Notes: generated by a model from the letters alone, not told the origin. DNA of 64,000 nucleotides from Deltaproteobacteria bacterium (GCA_016219015.1 JACRCL010000001.1:70308-134307); one strand, 5' to 3'. Shown: positions 28,061-38,292, counted from the stretch's first letter. Made by a program: numbers and translations.

Positions 28061-28087
28061 TTTATCGGGGGTATCTCGGATTTCTTT
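28061..28087 (-). promoter_or_regulatory. Sigma-28 (FliA) promoter for the HEAT-cheR-cheY-cheY-cheZ-cheA-cheB(-motAB-cheW...) operon
   Basis: Minus strand reads TAAAGAAA-N11-CCCGATAA with exact N11 spacing to the consensus GCCGATAA, ending about 20 nt upstream of the HEAT ATG and just downstream of the fliA stop. Confidence 0.55.
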
Positions 28088-28141
28088 AATCTTGAAGGCC
28101 TCCACGCACAGGGCGGGGCATGGTGGAAGCGATAAGGGCTT

Positions 28142-28885
28142 TCAGGCCCCCAGGCACTTTTTCAATTTCGCCTTCAGCCTGTGCATGGTCTGGCTGTGCA
28201 GCTGGCACACCCTGGACTCCGTTATCTCGAGGACTTTCCCTATCTCCTTCAAGGTAAGCTCCTCGTAATAATAAAGGGAAATTATGAGCTTTTCCTTCTC
28301 GGGCAGGGTCTCGACGGCCTCGGCTATCCTCTTTTTTATCTCGTTGAACTTCACGATGGCCATGGGGTCCTTGCCCTCCGGGTCCTTTATGCAATCAAGG
28401 ATGTCCATGCCCTCGTCGTGGTTCGATATCCCCATGTCCTCGAGGTTCAGCACGCTCAGGGCGCTCACCTGGCTAAGTATCGAATACAGCGCCTCCGTGG
28501 TTATCTCGAGGAAGTCCGCTACCTCCTCGACCTCCGCGGGCCGGCCGGTCCTGCGCTCGATCTCGTCGTAGGCCTTCTCCAGCTGGTTCGACTTGTCCCT
28601 CATCGAGCGGGTCATCCAGTCCATCGACCGGAGCTCGTCCATTATCGCGCCGCGTATCCTTATCGAGGCGTAGGTGTTGAACTGTACCCCCTTGCCGGCG
28701 TCGAACCTGTCTATGGACTCGAGAAGCCCTATCGTACCGGCGCTTATCAGGTCGTTCACGTCTATATGCGGCGGGAGGTTGACCGCGACCTGGTACGCTA
28801 TGATCTTCACGAGGTGCACGTTATCCACGAGGAGCTTGTCTCTCGGCGTCTTTCCGGCTGCGCTTTCATTCATTTTGGTGTTCAT
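28142..28885 (-). CDS. fliA: Flagellar sigma factor FliA (sigma-28)
   Basis: 247 aa ORF with sigma-70 regions 2, 3 and 4 (LISAGTIGLLESIDRFD...; ...LTLKEIGKVLEITESRVCQL). Confidence 0.9.
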   Translation of the reverse strand: MNTKMNESAAGKTPRDKLLVDNVHLVKIIAYQVAVNLPPHIDVNDLISAGTIGLLESIDRFDAGKGVQFNTYASIRIRGAIMDELRSMDWMTRSMRDKSNQLEKAYDEIERRTGRPAEVEEVADFLEITTEALYSILSQVSALSVLNLEDMGISNHDEGMDILDCIKDPEGKDPMAIVKFNEIKKRIAEAVETLPEKEKLIISLYYYEELTLKEIGKVLEITESRVCQLHSQTMHRLKAKLKKCLGA

Positions 28886-28910
28886 AGCCCTTTACCCCGT
28901 CTGGGTTTTT

Positions 28911-29783
28911 TTATCCTGCCAATTCCGGATTGAGGTCCCTGTCGAGTATCTGCTGCCAGAAGAGCTGCATCCCGCCCTTGATGTCATTGGCGGGGGAATC
29001 CCATATGGCGTCCGCTATCTCCTTGAAGCACAGGCTTGCGGCGGAGTCCGGGTAGAGCTCCATCACCGCCTTTTGCCTCAATACCGACCTCTGGACGTTT
29101 TCGTCGTTGAGCACGCACCCGAGGTAATCAACCGAGATATTGAGGAACCGCTCCGCCACGAGGCTCAGTTTCCTGTACACTTCCATGGCCTCCTTCCTCG
29201 ACCTGGCCGTGTTCACGAGGAGCTTGAACTTCCTCTCCCCGTGCCTTTTGCAGAGCACCTTCATGAGCGCGTAGGCGTCGGTTATCGAGGTCGGCTCGGG
29301 CGTGACGACCACCACTATCTCGTCCGCCGCCATGTTGAAGAAAAGGACGTTGTTGGATATCCCGGCGCCCGTGTCGATTATAAGGACGTCCATGTCCATG
29401 CCGGCCGATTCGAGGTGCGATTTCAGCGTCAGCCTCTGCTCAAGGCTCAGGTTCGTAAGCTCCTGCACGCCCGAGCTCGCGGGCAGTATCTTTATCCCGG
29501 CGGGCCCGTCCACGAGGATATCCCCGATGGTCTTTTCCCCCCTCAGCAGGTGGCCCATGTTGTACCTTGGGGCGAGCCCCAGGAGCACGTCGAGGTTGCC
29601 GAGCCCGAGGTCCGCGTCAAGGAGCAGCACCTTCTTGCCCATCTCAGAGAGCGCTACCGCGAGGTTCACCACGGAGTTTGTCTTGCCCACCCCGCCTTTT
29701 CCGCTGCTTACGGCTATCACCCTCGGCGTGTGCCGGTTTTTGCCGCTGTTTTTAAATCCTGAAAGCCCTGGTTCCCGGTCCAT
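28911..29783 (-). CDS. flhG: MinD-like ATPase FlhG (FleN/MotR)
   Basis: 290 aa ORF. Deviant Walker A SGKGGVGKT. Positioned between flhF and fliA. Confidence 0.9.
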   Translation of the reverse strand: MDREPGLSGFKNSGKNRHTPRVIAVSSGKGGVGKTNSVVNLAVALSEMGKKVLLLDADLGLGNLDVLLGLAPRYNMGHLLRGEKTIGDILVDGPAGIKILPASSGVQELTNLSLEQRLTLKSHLESAGMDMDVLIIDTGAGISNNVLFFNMAADEIVVVVTPEPTSITDAYALMKVLCKRHGERKFKLLVNTARSRKEAMEVYRKLSLVAERFLNISVDYLGCVLNDENVQRSVLRQKAVMELYPDSAASLCFKEIADAIWDSPANDIKGGMQLFWQQILDRDLNPELAG

Positions 29784-29795
29784 TCGTCCTTCTCC

Positions 29796-30956
29796 TTAAT
29801 TCGGCATAAATAGGTTCAAAAGCCTCTCCGCGGAGGCAAGCTCGATGTCCTCAGGCACCCTCTGTCCGGAGCTTAAGTACGCGACGGGCCTTTTGGCGAG
29901 CATGGCGGTATTGAGCATCTGCCCGTATGAAGGGCCCTCGTCGAGCTTTGTGAAGGTCAAAGAGCTGTATGGCACGGCGCTGAAGCCCTTTATCGAGTCG
30001 TAAAGGGCCTCGTCCCTTGTCTGTGCGCTCAGGACGAGGTTGAACCTGAGCCCCGGGGTCAACGCGGCGAGGGCGGAAAGCTCTTTCATGTGGGCCGAGG
30101 ACCTCTGGCTCCTGCCTGCCGTGTCTATGAGGATATTGTCCTTGTCATTGTGCATGGCGATAAGGGACGCAAGCTCCTCCGGGGTCCTGGCGACCTCCAC
30201 TGGCACGCCTATTATTCTCCCGTACACTTTAAGCTGCTCGGTGGCGGCTATCCTGTGAGTGTCCATGCTGAGGAGCGCCACGCGCCTCTTCTTCTTCAAT
30301 GCCTGGACTGCCGCGAGCTTCGCTATCGTCGTCGTCTTGCCGACGCCGGCGGGGCCCACGAAGGCTATCGGGGACTTTCCCTCGAGCGGGTCCTCGACGT
30401 CTATCCTTTCGAGGATCCTTTCCCTCATGCAGGACTTTATCGCGCCTTCGTCGTCCGGCTTGCCTTTGCCCGCCCCGTTGAACGCGCTCACGAGTATCTT
30501 CCGGGCAAGCCTCTTATCGACCCCGTTCGATATCAGCTCTTCTTCCATCTTCCTGTAGGTCCGGGAATGCTCAGTGGCTGACTGTGCCGCGATATTCTGG
30601 CAGAAGTCCTTCAACTCCCTCAGCTCCTTAAGCTCCGCGTCGATGGCCGGGATTTCGCTCTCGGCACAGGCGGTCCTATTCCCCGCGCCGCTACTCAGGG
30701 TTCCGGGGGTTTCGTGGGCTTCGGCGCCGCGCCGCCCATCGGGTCCCATGTCGCCGGACGCGGGGCCGCCGCTCCTGCCGAAAGGTATCGTCAGGTCAAC
30801 GGGCCTCGTGAGGTCGTAGTCTATGGCGGCTATCACCTCGTAGAGCCCGGTTGAGAGCCTTTTGGTGTTGATTATGAGGGCGTTGCCTCCGAGCTCGGCC
30901 TTCACGGCCTTTATCGCGTCCCTCACAGTCGGGCCCTTGAAACTCTTTATGTGCAT
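29796..30956 (-). CDS. flhF: SRP-like GTPase FlhF
   Basis: 386 aa ORF. GPAGVGKTTTIAKLA G1 motif and DTAGR G3 motif; directly downstream of flhA. Confidence 0.85.
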   Translation of the reverse strand: MHIKSFKGPTVRDAIKAVKAELGGNALIINTKRLSTGLYEVIAAIDYDLTRPVDLTIPFGRSGGPASGDMGPDGRRGAEAHETPGTLSSGAGNRTACAESEIPAIDAELKELRELKDFCQNIAAQSATEHSRTYRKMEEELISNGVDKRLARKILVSAFNGAGKGKPDDEGAIKSCMRERILERIDVEDPLEGKSPIAFVGPAGVGKTTTIAKLAAVQALKKKRRVALLSMDTHRIAATEQLKVYGRIIGVPVEVARTPEELASLIAMHNDKDNILIDTAGRSQRSSAHMKELSALAALTPGLRFNLVLSAQTRDEALYDSIKGFSAVPYSSLTFTKLDEGPSYGQMLNTAMLAKRPVAYLSSGQRVPEDIELASAERLLNLFMPN

Positions 30957-30957
30957 G

Positions 30958-33039
30958 CTATAACCTCACCACTTTTAGGGTCTGCACCCTGACGTTGCTC
31001 GATATCTCGTTATGGGAAAGCACCGGTATGGCCGGGAAGGCCCTCTCGGTGAGCTTCCTTACGAACCTGCGGGTCTGGTGCGAGGCGAGCAGCACCGGCT
31101 GGTGGCCCTTTGACATGACCTCCTCCACGGCCTCCTTCACCCTCGCTATTATCCTCTGGGCTATCGAAGGCTCGATGCTCAGGAACGACCCCTGTGGGGT
31201 CTCGTGGACGGACTTGGCTATCGCCTCCTCTATCTCCTGGTTGAAAGCGATAGCCTGGATGACCGCCTCGGCGGTCTGGTTGTTCTTCGATATCTGCCTC
31301 GCGAGGTTCATCCTCACGTACTCGGTAAGAAGGTCAGTGTCCTTCGTGATGGCGGCGTAGTCCGCGAGCGTTTCGAGTATGGTCTGCAGGTCCCTTATCG
31401 ACACCCTCTCCTTCAGCAGGTTCTGCATCACCTTCTGTATGCCCCCGACGTTCATGAGGCCGGGCACGAGCTCTTCGACGACCTTGGGGTGGCTCTTCGA
31501 GACCCTGTCGAGGAGCGCCTGCACCTCCTGGCGCCCGAGTATCTCGTGCGCGTGGGCCTTGATGACCTCCGTTATGTGGGTCGCCATGATAGCCGAGTGG
31601 CTTACGACCGTGTAGCCCATCACCTGCGCCTTCTCCTGCTGGGAGTCGGGCACCCAGATCGACGGCAGGCCGAACGCCGGGTCCACCGTCGGGACGCCTT
31701 CTAGTCCGATTTGCGCGTTGCCGGGGTCTATGGCGAGGGAATGGCCCACGAGGAGCTCGCCCCTGGCGACTTCCACGCCTTTTACGAGGAAGAGATACTC
31801 CGCGGGCTTGAGCTGCAGGTTGTCCTTGATGTGGACGGGCGTCACCGACAGGCCCATCTCCTCCGCGAACTGCTTCCTTATGGCCTTTATCCTCTCCAAG
31901 AGCTCGCCGCTTTCGGACGAGTCCACGAGCGGGATGAGCCTGTAGCCTACTTCGAGGCCGAGGGTGTCTATGAGCGGCACGTCGTCGGGTTCCTTCTTCG
32001 GGGCGGGCCTGGAGGCCTTTTCCTTTTCCTTCTCCTTAGCCTCTTCCGCCTTCTGCTCGGCCGAGGCCTTTGAGACAATGTACGCCACCCCGCCCGTGGC
32101 AATGGCGAGGACGAAGAACGCGAGGTGCGGCAGGCCCGGTATGAGGCCGAAGACGAAGAGTATGGCCGACGCGATGAGTATGGGTTTTGGGTGTACCAGG
32201 AACTGCTTGCCTATGGACTCGCCGAGGCCGGCCTCGGAATTGACGTTCGATACGACGATACCGGCCGCGGTGGAGATTATGAGGGCGGGTATCTGGGCTA
32301 CGAGCCCGTCGCCTACCGTTAAAAGCGTATATGTCCTGGCCGCCTCTCCTATGGGCAGGCCCTGCTGGAGGACGCCGATAATGAGGCCGCCGACGATATT
32401 AATGACCGTGATGAGGATGGCGGCCACCGCGTCCCCCCTTACGAACTTGCTCGCGCCGTCCATGGCCCCGTAAAAATCGGCCTCGAGCGCTACCGTCTTC
32501 CTGCGCCTGCGCGCCTCCTCGTCGCCTATGAGCCCGGCGTTCAGGTCCGCGTCTATGGCCATCTGCTTGCCGGGCATGGCGTCCAAAGTGAAACGGGCCG
32601 CCACTTCCGCTATCCTGCCTGCGCCTTTAGTAATGACCACGAAGTTGATGATGACCAGTATCGCGAATACTATGAAACCGACGGCGTAGTTGCCTCCGAC
32701 GACGAAGTTCCCGAACGAGTTTATCACCTGCCCGGCCGCGCCCGGCCCGTCCGCCCCGTGCAGGAGCACGAGCCTCGTGGAGGCGACGTTCAGGGAGAGC
32801 CTGAAAAGGGTCGTTACGAGCAGGAGTATCGGGAAGGTCGAGAAGTCGAGCGGTTTCGTTATATAGACCGCGACGAGCAGTATTATTATGGCTATCGTTA
32901 TGTTGAAGGTAAGGAGGAGGTCGAGCGCCAGGGGCGGCACCGGCAGTATCATCACGAACAGGACGCCCACTATGCCGAGCGGCATCAGCAGGTCCGTGCC
33001 TTTTTTGAACTTCGTTATATTATCTATTAACCCTGCCAT
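30958..33039 (-). CDS. flhA: Flagellar export gate protein FlhA
   Basis: 693 aa ORF; FHIPEP family with N-terminal TM domain and cytoplasmic ring domain. Confidence 0.95.
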   Translation of the reverse strand: MAGLIDNITKFKKGTDLLMPLGIVGVLFVMILPVPPLALDLLLTFNITIAIIILLVAVYITKPLDFSTFPILLLVTTLFRLSLNVASTRLVLLHGADGPGAAGQVINSFGNFVVGGNYAVGFIVFAILVIINFVVITKGAGRIAEVAARFTLDAMPGKQMAIDADLNAGLIGDEEARRRRKTVALEADFYGAMDGASKFVRGDAVAAILITVINIVGGLIIGVLQQGLPIGEAARTYTLLTVGDGLVAQIPALIISTAAGIVVSNVNSEAGLGESIGKQFLVHPKPILIASAILFVFGLIPGLPHLAFFVLAIATGGVAYIVSKASAEQKAEEAKEKEKEKASRPAPKKEPDDVPLIDTLGLEVGYRLIPLVDSSESGELLERIKAIRKQFAEEMGLSVTPVHIKDNLQLKPAEYLFLVKGVEVARGELLVGHSLAIDPGNAQIGLEGVPTVDPAFGLPSIWVPDSQQEKAQVMGYTVVSHSAIMATHITEVIKAHAHEILGRQEVQALLDRVSKSHPKVVEELVPGLMNVGGIQKVMQNLLKERVSIRDLQTILETLADYAAITKDTDLLTEYVRMNLARQISKNNQTAEAVIQAIAFNQEIEEAIAKSVHETPQGSFLSIEPSIAQRIIARVKEAVEEVMSKGHQPVLLASHQTRRFVRKLTERAFPAIPVLSHNEISSNVRVQTLKVVRL

Positions 33040-33048
33040 ATCCCCGCC

Positions 33049-34113
33049 TTAATGGGCCGCGGCCCTGTTTTTAAGCCTGTATACGTACGCCAGCAGCTCC
33101 GCCACCGCCTTGTACATGTCAACCGGTATCTGCATCCCCACCTCGACGGTCTTGAAAAGGCCCCGAGCAAGCGGCTTGTTCTCGACAACGGGGACGCGGT
33201 TGGCGCGCGCCAGCTCTTTTATCTTCTCGGCCACGAGCCCTGCGCCTTTGGCGACGACCACGGGCGCATCGGCCTTTGATCTATCGTATTTGATCGCAAT
33301 TGCCAGATGCGTGGGGTTCGTGACCACGACGTCGGCCTTGGGCACGTCCTGCATCATCCTTTTGCGGGCCATCTCCCTCTGGATCGACTTTATCCGTGCC
33401 TTGACGAGGGGGTCGCCCTCGGTCTCCTTCATCTCCTCTTTTATCTCTTCCTTCGTCATCCTGAGGCCCTTCTCGAAGCTCCATCTCTGGAATGCGTAAT
33501 CGAGCACGGCGATGACGGCCAGCACCCAGACGGTCTTGGTCATTATGGTGAAGGTGGTGCGGGCTATGTAGGTCACGGCACCCGCCGCGTCCGCGTCCAT
33601 GAGCATCGGGAGGTTATTCCACTCCTTCGCAACCGTCAGGTAGACCACGTAAGCGAGGACGGATATCTTTACTATGGATTTGACCAACTCCACCAAAGAG
33701 TTCAGAGAAAAGAGCCTCTTTACTCCCGACAGAGGGTCTATCCTGTTCAAGTCGGGCGCAAGGGGCTTTGTCGTCAGGGCGAAGCCGTTCTGGAGAAGGT
33801 ATGAGACCGCCCCGAATACAGGGATGGCAAGGGCCGGGAGTATCAGGAGAAAGAACTTATACGAGATGTTCTGGAACAGCGAGCTTACCTCTGTTACCGT
33901 AAGCTCGCCCTTCATGATGTGGAACGAGCCCCTCATCAAGTCCGAGAGGCCGAAGAATATCCAGGCGCCCGCGAAGTGAAGCACAAGGAGCGCCCCGAGT
34001 ATCGTGAGAAAAGAGCTTACCTCGCGTGAGACCGGGAAGTTGCCTTCCTGCCGGGCCTGCTCTCTCCGTCTCGACGATCCCTGTTCGGTTTTTTCCTGGT
34101 CGTTCTCGGCCAC
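33049..34113 (-). CDS. flhB: Flagellar export protein FlhB
   Basis: 354 aa ORF. NPTH autocleavage motif present (VVTNPTHLAIA). Confidence 0.9.
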   Translation of the reverse strand: MAENDQEKTEQGSSRRREQARQEGNFPVSREVSSFLTILGALLVLHFAGAWIFFGLSDLMRGSFHIMKGELTVTEVSSLFQNISYKFFLLILPALAIPVFGAVSYLLQNGFALTTKPLAPDLNRIDPLSGVKRLFSLNSLVELVKSIVKISVLAYVVYLTVAKEWNNLPMLMDADAAGAVTYIARTTFTIMTKTVWVLAVIAVLDYAFQRWSFEKGLRMTKEEIKEEMKETEGDPLVKARIKSIQREMARKRMMQDVPKADVVVTNPTHLAIAIKYDRSKADAPVVVAKGAGLVAEKIKELARANRVPVVENKPLARGLFKTVEVGMQIPVDMYKAVAELLAYVYRLKNRAAAH

Positions 34114-34884
34114 TTACATCACCTCTATGAGAGAAAACACGCCCTGCCACATCCTCTCGAACGCGGCCAGCACGGCCGTCTCGAACACCGGCAGGGATAC
34201 CATTATCATCACGAAACCGACGGCTATGGTCACGGCGAAGCCTATGACGAACATGTTGAGCTGAGGCACCGACCGCGCCATTATCCCGAGCGCGATGTTG
34301 ACGAATATGAGTATCGCCACGACCGGGGCCGAGAACTTCAAGGCGAGTATGAACACCTCTTTCGAGAACGTCACAAGCCCTTCGAGGGCCGCCCCGGAGA
34401 GGTGGAACCCGTATGGCGGGATGGCCTCGAAGCTTTTCTTTAAAGCTATTATCACCATCAGGTGTCCGTTGACGCTCAAGAATATAAGGAGCGCGAGCAC
34501 GCTCATCATCTTGCCGAGGACGGTCGCCTGGGCGCTGTTTATGGGGTCGTAGGCGCTCGCCATGCCTATGCCCATCTGGAAGCTCGCTATCTGCCCGGCG
34601 AACTCTATACCGGTGAAGATGAACTTGACGGCAAGGCCTATCAGCGCGCCGGTCATTATCTCGGCCCCGACGCTCAGGACGAACGCGGGGAGCGTGGGGG
34701 GCGCGGGCACATACGGCGTAAGGGGCGTAAGTATCAGGGCTATCAGGAAGATAAGCCCGAGCTTTACCTGCATCGGGATGTTGACCGCGCCGAATATCGG
34801 GGCCGTAAATATTATCGCCCCGGTCCTTGTAAGGACGAAGAGGAAGGTGGACGAATTAGCGAGTATGAATTGTATGAGCTCCAT
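34114..34884 (-). CDS. fliR: Flagellar export protein FliR
   Basis: 256 aa polytopic membrane protein in conserved fliPQR order. Confidence 0.9.
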   Translation of the reverse strand: MELIQFILANSSTFLFVLTRTGAIIFTAPIFGAVNIPMQVKLGLIFLIALILTPLTPYVPAPPTLPAFVLSVGAEIMTGALIGLAVKFIFTGIEFAGQIASFQMGIGMASAYDPINSAQATVLGKMMSVLALLIFLSVNGHLMVIIALKKSFEAIPPYGFHLSGAALEGLVTFSKEVFILALKFSAPVVAILIFVNIALGIMARSVPQLNMFVIGFAVTIAVGFVMIMVSLPVFETAVLAAFERMWQGVFSLIEVM

Positions 34885-34887
34885 CTT

Positions 34888-35157
34888 TTACCTTATGTAG
34901 TTGGGTATTTCAGTGAATATCCTGCTCGTGTAATTGAGCATTATCTCCATCATCCACGGCGACAGGGCAAGGAGCACTATGAAGACCACTATCATCTTGG
35001 GCACGAACGTAAGCGTCATCTCCTGGATCTGCGTTACCGCCTGGAATACGCTTACCGCGAGCCCCACGGCCATGCCGGCTATCAGTACCGGCGCGGATAT
35101 CATTAAAATGACCTCTATGGTCTCTTTGGCCATTGCTGTTACGAACTCCGGCGTCAT
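34888..35157 (-). CDS. fliQ: Flagellar export protein FliQ
   Basis: 89 aa ORF with two TM segments; FliQ family. Confidence 0.9.
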   Translation of the reverse strand: MTPEFVTAMAKETIEVILMISAPVLIAGMAVGLAVSVFQAVTQIQEMTLTFVPKMIVVFIVLLALSPWMMEIMLNYTSRIFTEIPNYIR

Positions 35158-35167
35158 GCGACTCCTC

Positions 35168-35917
35168 CTAACTGAAGCTCTGCACGAGCGAGCCGACGAG
35201 CAGGTACCACCCGTCGACCAGCACGAAGAGCATGAGCTTGAACGGCAGCGATATCATCACGGGCGGGAGCATCATCATGCCCATGGACATAAGCACGCTG
35301 GCAACGACCATGTCTATAACAAGGAACGGCAGATATATAAGGAAGCCTATCTGGAACGCCGTCTTCAATTCGCTCGTCACGAACGCCGGGATGATGGCGA
35401 GCGTGGGTATGTCGTTTTTAGTCTTGGGCGTCTCCGCCTTGGAGAGCTTTATGAAAAGCTCCATGTCCTTCTCCCTCGTGTTCTTGAGCATGAACTCCCG
35501 CAGGGGGCTCAAAGCGTTCGTGAACGCCTCGGACTGGTCCATGGAGCCCTGCATGTAGGGCTTGATAGCCTTTTCGTTTATGTTATTGAAGGCGGGCGAC
35601 ATTATGAAAAACGTAAGGAAAAGCGCGAGGCCGATTATCACCTGGTTCGGGGGCGACTGCTGTACACCGAGCGCCTGGCGAAGTATCGAGAAGACTATCA
35701 CCAGACGCGTGAACGACGTCATCATGAGTAATATCGCCGGGGCGAGCGTAAGGACCGTAAGAAGAAGGATTATCTGTATGGCTGTAGCCATCCCCTGAGG
35801 GGAGTCGGCCCCGCCGAGTGTAAGGCTCACGTTAGGGAGCTTCAGGGGGTCGGCCGCGCCTGCCGCCGCCGGGAAGAATATGAGTATCGCTATGACGAGG
35901 ATTAATGCCTTTTTCAT
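35168..35917 (-). CDS. fliP: Flagellar export protein FliP
   Basis: 249 aa ORF with signal peptide and conserved FliP core (MTSFTRLVIVFSILRQALG). Confidence 0.9.
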   Translation of the reverse strand: MKKALILVIAILIFFPAAAGAADPLKLPNVSLTLGGADSPQGMATAIQIILLLTVLTLAPAILLMMTSFTRLVIVFSILRQALGVQQSPPNQVIIGLALFLTFFIMSPAFNNINEKAIKPYMQGSMDQSEAFTNALSPLREFMLKNTREKDMELFIKLSKAETPKTKNDIPTLAIIPAFVTSELKTAFQIGFLIYLPFLVIDMVVASVLMSMGMMMLPPVMISLPFKLMLFVLVDGWYLLVGSLVQSFS

Positions 35918-35933
35918 GTCTGTGTCCGCGGCC

Positions 35934-36269
35934 TTAGAACAGATTAAAGAGGCCGCCGCTCCTGGTCTTAAGTTTTTTAAGCTCCTCTTTCGCCTGTGAG
36001 CTTTCTATCTTGGTGAGGAAGTTTATCGAGGTCGGGGTCACCCCGAGGACCAGCATCTCCCCGGCTACCTCCACCACGGCCAGGTTCTTCTTCTGCCCGA
36101 GGAACGACGTCGTCACCACCTTTATGGGCGCGCCCGGCTTTCTGCCCGTAAGCTTTCCGCCTTTGCCCATCGACTTCCTGAAGGCCCAGAGGGAAAGCCC
36201 CATGAGACCTAACACCGTAATGAGCGTCAGCAGGGCCTTCGTGAGGAGGTATGCGTAGGGCTCGTTCAT
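35934..36269 (-). CDS. fliO: FliO-like small membrane protein
   Basis: 111 aa ORF with a single TM segment, located between fliN and fliP. Confidence 0.6.
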   Translation of the reverse strand: MNEPYAYLLTKALLTLITVLGLMGLSLWAFRKSMGKGGKLTGRKPGAPIKVVTTSFLGQKKNLAVVEVAGEMLVLGVTPTSINFLTKIESSQAKEELKKLKTRSGGLFNLF

Positions 36270-36691
36270 TTCAGCTTGCTTAACCTTTCAGAGGGGCTCA
36301 CTATGTCCGTGAGCTTTATCCCGAACTTTTCATTCACCACCACTGCCTCGCCCCTGGCTATGAGCCTGCCGTTCACGAGTATCTCCATCGGCTCTCCGGC
36401 GAGCTTTTCAAGCTCCACGACGGTGCCCTGCCCGAGCTGCAGCAGGTCCTTTACCACCATCTTTGTCCTGCCTATCTCCACCGATACCGTGACCGGTATG
36501 TCGAGTATCATCTCGAGGTTCGCCACCGGCGCCGAGGTCTCCTGCTTCAGTGCGTTGAAGCTCGCGGGCTTCGCCTCCGGTCTTGCGGCCTTCGGCTCTG
36601 CCTGGGTTTTCTGCTCGGCGAACGCCTCGCCCCACTGGTCGGCCAGCGGCCCGGAGCCGTTCTGCTCTGTGTTGCCCTGGTTTTCCTCCAT
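36266..36691 (-). CDS. fliN: Flagellar switch protein FliN
   Basis: 141 aa ORF. C-terminal SpoA domain (ILDIPVTVSVEIGRTKMVVKDLLQLGQGTVVEL). Confidence 0.85.
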   Translation of the reverse strand: MEENQGNTEQNGSGPLADQWGEAFAEQKTQAEPKAARPEAKPASFNALKQETSAPVANLEMILDIPVTVSVEIGRTKMVVKDLLQLGQGTVVELEKLAGEPMEILVNGRLIARGEAVVVNEKFGIKLTDIVSPSERLSKLK

Positions 36692-36693
36692 GG

Positions 36694-37680
36694 TCAGCCC
36701 CTTTCTATGATCGCGCTCTGGACCTTCAGCGCGTAGTTATTGTCCATGACGCCCGGCCTCGCCACGAGCTTGGGTATCCCCTCTATGCTCAGTGTAAGCG
36801 GCTCCCTTATCTTCCTGTCGAGCTGTATTATGTCGCCGGCCTTGAGGTTCAAAAGCTCGGAGACGCTTATATGCGCCTCCCCCATCTCCCCGGAGACCGC
36901 AAGGGGCACGTTGCCGAACTGCTCAAGGAGGCTCGCGCTCCACTTCCTGTCCACGGCCTCGTTGAAATCGACCTTCTGTATGCCGCAGAGCTTGTCCCTT
37001 ATGGGCTCAAGCGACGAGAAGGGTATGCAGAAGAAGAACTTGTTGCTCAGCGACTCGATGTCCATCTTGAAGGTGGACACTATCACGGGCTCGGTGTGCC
37101 CCATGATGTTGACGAACTGAGGGTTCATCTCGGACCTTACGAGCTTGAAATCGACCTGGTGGACCGTACGCCAGATCTCGTTCATCTCCTGGAAGATTAT
37201 GTCAACGACCTTCCTTACCACCGCCTGCTCCACGTTCGTGAAGTCCCTGCCCTCGATCCTCGTGTGGAACCTGCCGTCGCCGCCGAAGTAGCTGTCGACT
37301 ATCAGGAAGACGAGGTTCGGGTCGAGGGCGAGCACCCCCTGGCCGCGTAGGCCGTTTATCTGGAAGACGTTAAGTGAAGACGGTACCTGAAGGTTACGGA
37401 GGAACTCCTCGTATTTCTCGGCCTTTACGCCCTCGGGGCTTATGTCCACCGATTTCCTCAACAGGTTGAAGAGCAGCGCCCGAGCCGACCTGCAGAACTT
37501 CTCGTTAATCATCTCGAGGGCGGGCATCCTCCCCCTGACGGTCCTCTCCTGGCTGGAGAAGTCAAAGGGCCTTATGCCGCCCTTTTCCTCCTGCCGCTCC
37601 GCCTCGGTCTTTATATCCCCGTTGGAGAGGCCCTTCAGGAGAGCGTCCACCTCTACCTGCGTTAATATCTGTTCAGCCAT
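36694..37680 (-). CDS. fliM: Flagellar switch protein FliM
   Basis: 328 aa ORF. N-terminal CheY-P binding peptide (LTQVEVDALL) plus middle and SpoA domains. Confidence 0.9.
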   Translation of the reverse strand: MAEQILTQVEVDALLKGLSNGDIKTEAERQEEKGGIRPFDFSSQERTVRGRMPALEMINEKFCRSARALLFNLLRKSVDISPEGVKAEKYEEFLRNLQVPSSLNVFQINGLRGQGVLALDPNLVFLIVDSYFGGDGRFHTRIEGRDFTNVEQAVVRKVVDIIFQEMNEIWRTVHQVDFKLVRSEMNPQFVNIMGHTEPVIVSTFKMDIESLSNKFFFCIPFSSLEPIRDKLCGIQKVDFNEAVDRKWSASLLEQFGNVPLAVSGEMGEAHISVSELLNLKAGDIIQLDRKIREPLTLSIEGIPKLVARPGVMDNNYALKVQSAIIERG

Positions 37681-37701
37681 TTTATTAAGCCCTTTGCCCT
37701 G

Positions 37702-38232
37702 TTATTGGATTACGAAGTCGGTGAAGTAGGCCGTCTTTACCTTGCCCTTGGTGAGGTACTGGTTGACCCTGGCCACTATCTCGTCCCTCATCTGGTACTT
37801 GCCCTCAACCGTCCCTATGTCCGCGTAGCTCTTCGAGCTTAAAAGTATTATGAGCGAGTCCCTTACCTGGGCGGCCTGCGCCGTAAGCTCGGAAGAGTTG
37901 GAGTCAGGGCCGAGCTCGAGGTTTATTGTGAGCTTCAGGTACCTCGTGCCCGAGTTGTCCTGGAGGTTCACTATGAAAGGCTCAAGGTTCACTATCGACC
38001 CGCCAGCCTTGCCGCCCTCCCCCTGACCCCCGTGCCCCTCTTCGGCCTTGCCGTGCTCTTCGGCCGCGCCTTCCTTTGCCTGCGCCGTGGACTTCCCCTT
38101 GAATACAAGGAAGCCCCCCGCGCCAAGCCCCACGAGCGCGACGGCCAGGATTATTATCAACAGCCCCTTACCCTTCTTCTTTTCAGGCACATGGGCCTCT
38201 TCTTTTTTATGTTCGGTATCAGGCATGTCCAT
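37702..38232 (-). CDS. fliL: Flagellar basal-body associated protein FliL
   Basis: FliL family with a single TM segment. I trimmed the start to the ATG at 38230-38232 (MDMPDTEHKK...), which has AAGGAGGT 2 nt upstream. The longer ORF-track version would overlap the sigma-54 promoter region. Confidence 0.8.
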   Translation of the reverse strand: MDMPDTEHKKEEAHVPEKKKGKGLLIIILAVALVGLGAGGFLVFKGKSTAQAKEGAAEEHGKAEEGHGGQGEGGKAGGSIVNLEPFIVNLQDNSGTRYLKLTINLELGPDSNSSELTAQAAQVRDSLIILLSSKSYADIGTVEGKYQMRDEIVARVNQYLTKGKVKTAYFTDFVIQ

Positions 38233-38292
38233 ACCTCCTTGTAAGTTGCTTCTTAGTAAGACGGTACTTGGTTGCTTTGCATTGTCGTGTAG

